This document shows positions 19,899-28,042 of a DNA stretch of 64,000 nucleotides, one piece after another. This stretch comes from a virus (taxonomy: Duplodnaviria; Caudoviricetes). The position numbers and the translations under genes are program-made. The stretch is from the IMG/VR virus record IMGVR_UViG_2531839366_000001, positions 1 to 64,000 of that record, one strand, 5' to 3'. Within the stretch, counting starts at the first letter, position 1, and every line of letters starts with the position of its first letter. The notes below the pieces were generated by a model that saw nothing but the letters and a program-made list of their open reading frames with translations, ran no database searches and was not told the origin of the DNA.

Positions 19899-20042
19899 TC
19901 ATCTAAAAACAACTTCTGATAACGATAATTATGTAAATGGGCTGTCCATATGGGCAGCTTATTGTATTTTTTGCTTAGCGTGGTTTTTTCCGAAATGCTG
20001 GCGGTACCCCAGGGATTTCAATGAATAGTAAATTACATGCGG

Positions 20043-20714
20043 CTAAAATGATTCTTCAGCTTCTCTTAATTTTTTAGCGTTCTCATTTTTACAAGTGACC
20101 TCTTTAATATCCCAAAACTCTCCTTTATTAAAAACAACAACTTCTCTTTCCAAATGTAATCCTAAGGAAGAAGTATAATTCTGCTCTACTACTTCTTTAA
20201 AAGGACATAAATTCTCATAAAACAATATACTTTCCATAGGAACTTCTACAGAAACTTGAATCTCTTTACGATGACGGTTAGGATCAATGGAAAACGAGGA
20301 TAACATATTAGTTTTTATCTTGGATGAATCTTTGTAGAAATAATCTAGTTCATTTCGATTCAATCCTCGGTATAATAATATACTGTTTGTATTAAATTCT
20401 TTTTTAAGTCTTTCTTGTGTTACATTATACAATCGAACAATTTCTGTTTTCATAGCTTGTTCAATCATTTCATAACCTAGTTTATGTTTAATTTTATTAA
20501 TAATTTTTTCTCGATAACCAAATGTTACGTTGCAGGAAACATTAAAAGTCGAACAAACCATTTCAGTTAGTAAAAATTTTGCTTCCTGTTTATCATTACT
20601 ACCACTAACCCATGAAGGTATATTTTCGAACAACTCCTTTAGTTCGGGCCAATTACCAAACATTAAGTAATCTAGATGTTTATTTTTAATATATATTCTT
20701 TCATCTAAATTCAT
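20043..20714 (-). CDS. DraT-like (R-S-E class) ADP-ribosyltransferase candidate
   Basis: LLYRGLN, TNMLSSFS, VEVPMESILFY and LEREVVV occur in the order and spacing of DraT motifs. Confidence 0.65.
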   Translation of the reverse strand: MNLDERIYIKNKHLDYLMFGNWPELKELFENIPSWVSGSNDKQEAKFLLTEMVCSTFNVSCNVTFGYREKIINKIKHKLGYEMIEQAMKTEIVRLYNVTQERLKKEFNTNSILLYRGLNRNELDYFYKDSSKIKTNMLSSFSIDPNRHRKEIQVSVEVPMESILFYENLCPFKEVVEQNYTSSLGLHLEREVVVFNKGEFWDIKEVTCKNENAKKLREAEESF

Positions 20715-20781
20715 TTTATCCCCACCCTATTCCCTTAAAACTCTTAAAAGCCCGCTTTTTAGATATATAATACCTAGCTAC

Positions 20782-21456
20782 TTACCATTGAAGTGCCTCT
20801 TCTTTAATCCCTGTAATGTAATTTATAAAATAAGGCTTTACGTATTGGCAATCATCCCATTCAATATCGACTGTCTCAATTGTATTTTCATAATCTGGGT
20901 ATACCCGCCATATTTTCTGTTTCACTTTAGAGTTAACCCATAAGTCATCAAAATTACTTATTACAGCATCAAATACAAAATGTACTTTTTTCGACCTTTT
21001 ATCCGCTTTTGGGAACACACCATAATTCACTAACAATATGTATGGGACATATTTCATTGTTAATCCTTTATATAGCCAAATGTTTCTTTCATTTGCTTTA
21101 TTTATCATGGATTTAAACTCGCTCTCATATAATTTTGCTCCCATGATTTCTTGGCATTTTAAAAATGTTCCCCATAAGTTAGCTAATACTGTCTTTTTTA
21201 TCTTCTCGGCGTTCACTCTGTCTATTTCAGTTGGTCCAAAATCCTCATATCTTTTACGATTTTTTAAGATGGTGGGACAATTAGATCGTTTTGGATAATG
21301 CGCGAAATGTGGTTTTTTATCTGATGTAGCTTCTGCTCTTATATACATTTCTGTATTACATACATCACAAGTGGCATCTAAACCAGGGTATTTCACTTCC
21401 CAATCTTTCACATGAATTTTCTCATTTGTTTCTGGATCAATAGCATGATACCCCAT
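20782..21456 (-). CDS. Protein with an N-terminal CoiA-like zinc finger and an unassigned C-terminal domain
   Basis: CDVC...KPHFAHYPKRSNCP. Confidence 0.65.
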   Translation of the reverse strand: MGYHAIDPETNEKIHVKDWEVKYPGLDATCDVCNTEMYIRAEATSDKKPHFAHYPKRSNCPTILKNRKRYEDFGPTEIDRVNAEKIKKTVLANLWGTFLKCQEIMGAKLYESEFKSMINKANERNIWLYKGLTMKYVPYILLVNYGVFPKADKRSKKVHFVFDAVISNFDDLWVNSKVKQKIWRVYPDYENTIETVDIEWDDCQYVKPYFINYITGIKEEALQW

Positions 21457-21877
21457 TACTCTTCCCCCTTAGTATTACTTATGTTTTTCTTTATTTTACC
21501 ACCTAAATTTCTTTATTTTCAAAAAAATAGAGTGTTTACCCCCTTTTATTTAATTACAATTTGAGCCTTCAGCATCACTCGAAGGAGAATCTCCACAATT
21601 ACTTAGTGAATTATTACAGTAAATTTCATCGTATAGACTTATAATTATCTTATAAATTGTTGATTACAAATAGTAAACATGTTCTAAAGGGTGTATCTCT
21701 TGATACGATTCAAAATAAATATATTAACGAATTATTTCGAAAATCTATAAAACTTTATATTCAGTAATAATAAAATAATTTTATTTGCTTTATATTCTAA
21801 AAAATCGGTATAATTAAACTAAACAGAAAGAAATTAACTACACAGATGTAACTATTAACCAGAGGGGGTATAATTGT

Positions 21878-22972
21878 ATGAATTTTGAGGACATAATTGA
21901 CTCTACTAGTAATTACATAACAATACATGGTATCAAAGGAAAACAGTTTGGTCATGAAGTTATTTCAGCACAATGTACTGTGGACTATGTTTTGAAATTT
22001 CTTGAGATTGATAAATCAGTCCAAAGAGAAATGATTGAAAGACAAGTATCTAATATTAGTAAATATATTCAATACGGTTTGGATGGTAATAATATTTATT
22101 TCCCTCCTTTAATATTTTCTGCAAGAGGAAAAGGGAGTTTTCATGAGGATCAAGACCAATTTCGTTTAAAAACAGATGACACAATGGTTATATTAGATGG
22201 ACAACACCGTATTCAGGCTTTTAAAAGTTTGAAGAAAAGATTAGAAAATAGTCGCAATCCTGAAGATCAAGAAAAACTAAATTACATAAAAAACTTCCCT
22301 TTAACAATTCAAATATTTAGTAACTTAGCTTTTGATCAAGAACGTCAACTGTTTACAGATGTTAATACAAAGTCATCTAGAGTAAGTAATACTCTTTTGG
22401 TTATGTATAAAGAAAATGATTTATGTGGAAATCTAGTCAAGGATATTATTTATAATCATCCATCCATTTCTCCAGATAAATTTGAAGTTCGAGCTAAAAC
22501 AACAACTACTAAATTGATGACAGCTGCCACCTTATATAATATCTGCTTAACTTTAAATGATGGAATTATTATTACAAACAGTTATAAAAGTAAAATTAAT
22601 GAATCTAATTATGATTTATATCGAAAAAATGTCGAAGATTTTCTCATTTTACTTATGAAATACGCTCCAGATCAATGTTTAGATAGAAATAAATACTTTA
22701 TAATGAATCCAAATAGTTTACGCGGTATTGCTAAGTGTATTCACTTATTAAGAGAAAAAAATGAAAAATTTGATATGGAAGAATTATTCCAAAAATCTGT
22801 TCGTTTAACTGATTGGTCTCATAAAAATAAAGAATTGAAACAAGCTGGAATTCCATTTAATAATCAAACTAAAAAATATAGATTTACAGTAGGTACTCGT
22901 ATAACAACTAAAATTTCTGATATATTACTAAAACGATATGAAAGAAATGCAGGGAAGGTGCTATATGTTTGA
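21878..22972 (+). CDS. DGQHR/DndB-like domain protein 1
   Basis: YFPPLIFS, ILDGQHR and QLFTDVNTK motifs. Confidence 0.85.
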   Translation: MNFEDIIDSTSNYITIHGIKGKQFGHEVISAQCTVDYVLKFLEIDKSVQREMIERQVSNISKYIQYGLDGNNIYFPPLIFSARGKGSFHEDQDQFRLKTDDTMVILDGQHRIQAFKSLKKRLENSRNPEDQEKLNYIKNFPLTIQIFSNLAFDQERQLFTDVNTKSSRVSNTLLVMYKENDLCGNLVKDIIYNHPSISPDKFEVRAKTTTTKLMTAATLYNICLTLNDGIIITNSYKSKINESNYDLYRKNVEDFLILLMKYAPDQCLDRNKYFIMNPNSLRGIAKCIHLLREKNEKFDMEELFQKSVRLTDWSHKNKELKQAGIPFNNQTKKYRFTVGTRITTKISDILLKRYERNAGKVLYV

Positions 22973-24020
22973 AGTGAGATTAAAAGGACTTATTAATCGT
23001 ATTAATGGTAATAATCAAGCTATAATGACTACACAAATTGCTGTGAGGGATCTTTTAAAAGTTTTCATGATTGATAATTCGATTAATAGAGAAATTAATT
23101 ATGCAAGATTAAAGCCTCTTTCAAAATATATAGATTCTTTCGATTCAGATATTGGTATTTTTTTACCATCTCTTGTGTTTTCATTCAATGAAGATCCGAT
23201 AAAGTATTATGACAAAGAAAGAAAAGAATTACGTATAGATCCAGATGTGAAATTAAAAGTAATTGATGGACAACATCGTATTAAAGGCTTAGAGTATTTA
23301 ATACGAGATACTAGTGATATAGAAAGAAGAGAAAATATATTAGATAGCACTTTGACTGCTCAAATATATTTTGGATTAAAAGATATAGATGAAAAAAATG
23401 TATTTGTGGATATTAATTCTAATGCTAAACGAGTATCTATGTCATTAATAACTCAATATGATACTAGAGATATTATGAGAGTATTGGTGAGGGATACTTT
23501 TAATACGTGTCAAGCGCTTGAAATCGCAGGGGTAGAGTTAAGTAAAAGTAGAATTGTAAGACCAAATAATACCTTATTTTTCACTAGTGCGCGTTTAAAA
23601 AACTTTATTATTGCTTTGTTATTTGGAAAAGTTAAGATAGGTAAAAAAGGTGAAAAATTAATACAAGACAAGTATGATGATATATTAGCATTTTTAGATA
23701 AGTTTTTTTCTGTTTTATTTGATGTTCTGCCTCCTATACCTGGCGATGTTATAAAATACGTATTAGGCCATGAAGGATTGCAGAATGCAATTGCATTTTA
23801 TCTACATGGAGAGATTATTGTTGAGTCTGAAAAAGATTTAATCTGGATTCCAGATTGGGAATTATCAGTAGAAAAATTAAAGTATTTTGATTGGAGTATA
23901 CGGAATTCTTTATTTCAACCATACATGATTACCTCTAAAACAATGAACGGTCAATTCCGAGCTTTTATAGATAATAGACATCAACCTTTATTAAAAATCT
24001 TAAAAAATGAATTAGCATAA
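22965..24020 (+). CDS. DGQHR/DndB-like domain protein 2
   Basis: FLPSLVFS, VIDGQHR and VFVDINSNAK motifs; likely start ATG 22965 (RBS GGAAGGTG), overlapping gene 1. Confidence 0.85.
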   Translation: MFEVRLKGLINRINGNNQAIMTTQIAVRDLLKVFMIDNSINREINYARLKPLSKYIDSFDSDIGIFLPSLVFSFNEDPIKYYDKERKELRIDPDVKLKVIDGQHRIKGLEYLIRDTSDIERRENILDSTLTAQIYFGLKDIDEKNVFVDINSNAKRVSMSLITQYDTRDIMRVLVRDTFNTCQALEIAGVELSKSRIVRPNNTLFFTSARLKNFIIALLFGKVKIGKKGEKLIQDKYDDILAFLDKFFSVLFDVLPPIPGDVIKYVLGHEGLQNAIAFYLHGEIIVESEKDLIWIPDWELSVEKLKYFDWSIRNSLFQPYMITSKTMNGQFRAFIDNRHQPLLKILKNELA

Positions 24021-24871
24021 CCTTCAAAATAGCAAATGACAGTAGTTATACAGACTGGATACAATTTATGTTTATAAACGATTGTTTACTTTTTAACTCA
24101 ATTCATATGTAAAAAATAAAAAAGAATTCTAAATTAGTAGGATTCTTTTTTATTTACATGTTGTTGATTAAATTTAGAACAAATTTCAACATAGCATTTG
24201 TTTCGAGGAGTAAATTAATAATCTTGTCAAAATCACAAGAAAAATCAACATCTATATTCTCTCCTTGCTACCGATAATTGGTGTTATGGTAACTACGGTT
24301 GTGTAGAATGTATATGTTTGATTTTAAAATAAATATGTATATACAAGTTTTATAATTGTTACGGTTGCTCCAAGATAAGCAAACCATTCCCAAAGGGGTG
24401 TTTTTTGTTTAGAATCAGTCATATTGTTATGTCCTCCTTTTTAACATCTGTTAAACAATATATTATCATAATTATGAGATTTTTAATTAATTAGATCATT
24501 TCAATTAAGTAGTTCTTTACTTCGAATAGGTTTTGTAATCTCTTTATTTATGCATTTTTGAATGTATACTTTTATCAGTGTTTTTGCTAAAAATAGCTAA
24601 GGTAGGATAAACTCAATAAAACCAACGAAATGAATGTAAACTAATATGTAAAAGTTTACATTCGTATTTATAATAAATAAAAAGTACTTTTTAATGTTTT
24701 AAAAGTGCTTTTAACTTGATGTGACGGAACCTCACGTATGTAGAAATTTAAAAAAGTCCCTTCATAAGGCTAAAGGGACTTTGCTCACACAAATGATCTG
24801 CACATCAATTCATCTTTGATATACAGATCATTTGTATGATAATTTTTATAAATAATTGCGGAATAATGAAC

Positions 24872-24952
24872 TTACATAAATGCTTTTAAAAGTTCTTGAA
24901 CTAATGGAAGTGCTCCACCTACAAATTTTAAAACTGTCATTGCGATTGTCAT
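24872..24952 (-). CDS. 26-aa amphipathic peptide downstream of a PlcR box
   Basis: MTIAMTVLKFVGGALPLVQELLKAFM; strong RBS AAGAGGAGG; -10 TATAAT upstream. Confidence 0.8.
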   Translation of the reverse strand: MTIAMTVLKFVGGALPLVQELLKAFM

Positions 24953-25044
24953 ATTATTTCCTCCTCTTTTGTTGATGCTAAGATGTGATTTATCTTTATA
25001 CCCTTATTATAGTAAGCGCTTACATTTATAATAATACATTTCTA

Positions 25045-25060
25045 TATGCAATATTGCATA
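25045..25060. promoter_or_regulatory. PlcR box
   Basis: TATGCAATATTGCATA is an exact match to the consensus TATGnAnnnnTnCATA. Confidence 0.85.
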
Positions 25061-25163
25061 TTTATACGTTTAGACAAAAATTAGACCTCTATTAGTCATT
25101 CCTTAATGGTATCATAGCGAGGTGAGAGTCTTTAAGGGTTCTCCTTAATAGGAGGAAACGGAT

Positions 25164-25298
25164 ATGGAAAGAGTGCAAGCAATTATTGACAGTAATCTGA
25201 AATTCAAGAGCTGGGTTAAACAGGTACTAGCTATAGGCGGAATATTAGGGTTCTGCTTCTTTGTGTTATATTTTTACAGTTTCTTAATTGTTATGTAA
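25164..25298 (+). CDS. 44-aa single-TM peptide
   Basis: MERVQAIIDSNLKFKSWVKQVLAIGGILGFCFFVLYFYSFLIVM; its RBS AGGAGG is paired in the hairpin CTCCT-TAAT-AGGAG. Confidence 0.7.
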   Translation: MERVQAIIDSNLKFKSWVKQVLAIGGILGFCFFVLYFYSFLIVM

Positions 25299-25372
25299 AT
25301 ATATACAGCTATACTAGTGGAGTCTTTCCTACAGAGGTAAGGCTCTTTTGTTGTATCTGAGGTGAATTTAAT

Positions 25373-25729
25373 ATGCCTTTCTCTACTGGTCCAATTGAAA
25401 ACGTAGGAAATCAACCTACTAATGCAAATAGAGCTAGGGTTAAGATCCTCAATCGTACTGCAGGTCCACTTACTGGGGTAGTTAGATCTTTTAGACTTGA
25501 CGGTACAAGAACATTAATCGAACAGATAAACTTTAATGTGGCTGCTAATGCTTCTGAATTTATAAATCTAAGTTTAGTTCACTCTACTTTGGGACAAGCA
25601 CTTCAATATGAAGTTGAAATTGTTCCTAATCAAAACGGTGGTTTATACAGTGTCTACGGAATAACACCTGGTAACGTTATTATTACTGCACAACGTGTAT
25701 TGAACTCAGAATTAACGCAGATTCTTTAG
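25373..25729 (+). CDS. Small beta-rich protein resembling B. cereus-group spore-surface domains
   Basis: N-terminal STGPIEN...VKILNR motif; RBS GAGGTG. The family assignment is from memory only. Confidence 0.45.
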   Translation: MPFSTGPIENVGNQPTNANRARVKILNRTAGPLTGVVRSFRLDGTRTLIEQINFNVAANASEFINLSLVHSTLGQALQYEVEIVPNQNGGLYSVYGITPGNVIITAQRVLNSELTQIL

Positions 25730-25742
25730 TTTTAAAAGTAAA

Positions 25743-25785
25743 ATGGTTCAAGTCGGAGGAAGACACCTTAGGTTGTCTTTTCTTT
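25743..25785 (+). repeat. Copy C (3' half) of the repeated unit, acting as terminator
   Basis: atggttcaagtcggaggaagacaccttaggttgtcttttcttt. Confidence 0.8.
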
Positions 25786-26019
25786 ATGAAAAATCCCCAC
25801 ACAATGTGCAATTTCTTAACTTGATGGTGATGTGGCGAGACCCCTGCTTGAAAACATTAGAGATATACAGAAACAAAAGCGGAAAGGTTTTTTCGGTTTG
25901 TTTTAAAGACTAATTAATTGATTAAATGACTCTTCCAAAAAACCTTTAAATCTATTAAATAGTCTAAGCACTCTTTCATTTTTTTCATATTATATATTGA
26001 AAAAAATAATTACGAAAGG

Positions 26020-27441
26020 GTGGTCAAAATACCTCCTAAACCAAATAATAAAGAGATTCAAGTGAATAACCCTGCTCAAGATGTAGCTAATTTTCCTAGA
26101 ATAACTCAAAGTGAGACTAGCCTGGCTCATTTTAAGGATTTTATCCTCTATGGATTTAATGATAGTAATAATGGCGTTGATGGGGTAGGGAATTTTAACT
26201 TTTCAGGATTTGCTTTCTCGAGGGATTTAGGTAAACATTGGACAGATGGTGGTTCTTTACCAGTAAATCCTCTTGGAGAAAATGGCGGTGATCCTGTTAT
26301 TGCAGTTGATAGAAATGGTGTATTCTATTATGGTCAAGTTGGATTTGAAAATGTGGGAGGGGTTCCACAAGGTGTAATAAGTGTTTCGACTGGGGTAATT
26401 AATCCAAACAAAATGATAACGATGAACCCGCCTCAGGTTGTTGGTCAGGGACAAAATCCTGTTAATAGTGTGCTAGGAAATCAAGATAAAGAATGGATTG
26501 CAGTTGGGCCAGATGCGAATAGACCGGGAAATGAGGCACTATATGTAGTCTGGACGGATTTTACTGTTGCACCAGATCCTAATATTCGCTTTTCAAAATT
26601 TAGGACAGGACAAGTATTAGCTCCCATTATTCCAAGCAAGACAATTGTTGTAGGGGGCACTAATTTTGTTTCAGGTTCTTTTGTAGTTGTAGATAAGCAG
26701 GGTGTACTCTATGTATTTTATGAGGAAATCGCAGGAGGAAATACTGGCCGTTTAACAATCGGGGTTCCTAATAGGACAATTCAGATGATTAAATCAACTG
26801 ATGGAGGGAATACTTTCTCAGCTAAGGTGCCTGTTTCAAATACTTTCGCTGCCGCTGCAACTGATACAGCAATTTGTGGGCGTCCATCTATTGGTGTTGA
26901 TAACACTAGACGGATTCGTATGAATGAATTCCCTCATGCCACGATTGGACCAGATGGTACTCTCTATGCGGTATGGAATCAAGGCAGAGTGGTTGGAACT
27001 ACGACCTTTATTGATGTCTTTTTAGCTTTTAGTACGGACAAGGGTAATACTTGGAACAGAGTAAATGTTACTCCTAACAATAGACCTTTTTCGTTTTTTC
27101 CTTCGGTAGCTGCTAATGCTAAAGGGGCGCATATTCAGTATAACCGCTTTAATGATCCATCAGGAGTTGGTGGAGTCGGCAATGGAACATTCGGGATATT
27201 TATGAAAACATTCTCTCGTATTACAGGTTTAAGCCCTGAAAAGATGATAAGTACTAGATTTTCTCCAGTGCCAGTTACAAATCCAAGCCCGGATACCGCA
27301 AATTGTTATATGGCTGATTACAATCAAATTATTACAGGACCCGGAAATTCCTTACTTCACTCATGGGGAGATAATCGTAATCGCTTAGATGGAAGAGATA
27401 ATCCAGATGTATTCTTTAGAAAAACCGAATCAAAGCCATAA
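26020..27441 (+). CDS. Sialidase-like BNR/Asp-box beta-propeller protein
   Basis: Asp boxes SRDLGKHW, STDGGNTF and STDKGNTW; no signal peptide. Confidence 0.75.
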   Translation: MVKIPPKPNNKEIQVNNPAQDVANFPRITQSETSLAHFKDFILYGFNDSNNGVDGVGNFNFSGFAFSRDLGKHWTDGGSLPVNPLGENGGDPVIAVDRNGVFYYGQVGFENVGGVPQGVISVSTGVINPNKMITMNPPQVVGQGQNPVNSVLGNQDKEWIAVGPDANRPGNEALYVVWTDFTVAPDPNIRFSKFRTGQVLAPIIPSKTIVVGGTNFVSGSFVVVDKQGVLYVFYEEIAGGNTGRLTIGVPNRTIQMIKSTDGGNTFSAKVPVSNTFAAAATDTAICGRPSIGVDNTRRIRMNEFPHATIGPDGTLYAVWNQGRVVGTTTFIDVFLAFSTDKGNTWNRVNVTPNNRPFSFFPSVAANAKGAHIQYNRFNDPSGVGGVGNGTFGIFMKTFSRITGLSPEKMISTRFSPVPVTNPSPDTANCYMADYNQIITGPGNSLLHSWGDNRNRLDGRDNPDVFFRKTESKP

Positions 27442-27644
27442 CCTAGTAAATTCCTCTAATAGGGGTCACCATACATGCCCATCAACTTAAGAAATAGGTA
27501 ATTCTCCAAAACGAAGACAATTTTCGTTTTGGGGATATTTCAAAATCTTAGCTTGATGGGCATGGGATAGCAACAACAAAACGAAAATTCCGTACATTAA
27601 GCTCATTTTCAGGACGGTTTACCAATAATCGCTATACACCAGCT

Positions 27645-27735
27645 TGATACAATAATATTTGGTGTGAGTTCAATACATATTATTAAAATTAAAGTGGTTC
27701 AAGTCGGAGGAAGGCACCTTAGGGTGTCTTTTCTT
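27645..27735 (+). ncRNA. Copy D of the repeated promoter-to-terminator unit
   Basis: TGaTACAAT followed by the core and hairpin; a further hairpin-only copy lies at 27933-27957. Confidence 0.5.
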
Positions 27736-27809
27736 AATTTTCAAAAGGACCTGCTCAATTCATGCGTACACCTGGGTTTCATCCTCTTATTAAAGGAGGA
27801 ACTATTGTT

Positions 27810-27920
27810 ATGGGATATGGTGGTAGTTGCGGCGAAGGCTGCGGTTTTGCTGGAGGATTTGCTTTATTAGTTGTACTCTTTATCTTATTAATTATTATCG
27901 GATGCAGTTGCTTCTGCTAA
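27810..27920 (+). CDS. yjcZ: YjcZ/SscA family small sporulation protein, copy 2
   Basis: MGYGGSCGEGCGFAGGFALLVVLFILLIIIGCSCFC; the upstream ttcaaaaggacctgctcaattcat is shared with copy 1. Confidence 0.9.
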   Translation: MGYGGSCGEGCGFAGGFALLVVLFILLIIIGCSCFC

Positions 27921-28042
27921 AAAAACTATGGGAAAAGGCACCTTAGGGTGTCTTTTTATATATATTAAAAGGCCCACCTATTTCCGTAGGTGAGCTATAT
28001 GTGATTTTGCACTTGTGCACTATTAAATTATAACAAAATTCC

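Noticed and set aside
21878-24020. Phosphorothioation (dnd) or dpd system
   Set aside because: No dndA/C/D/E, dpdA or ssp genes in the window.
27664-27870. 68-aa ORF
   Set aside because: It is a read-through of repeat copy D into the yjcZ gene in another frame.
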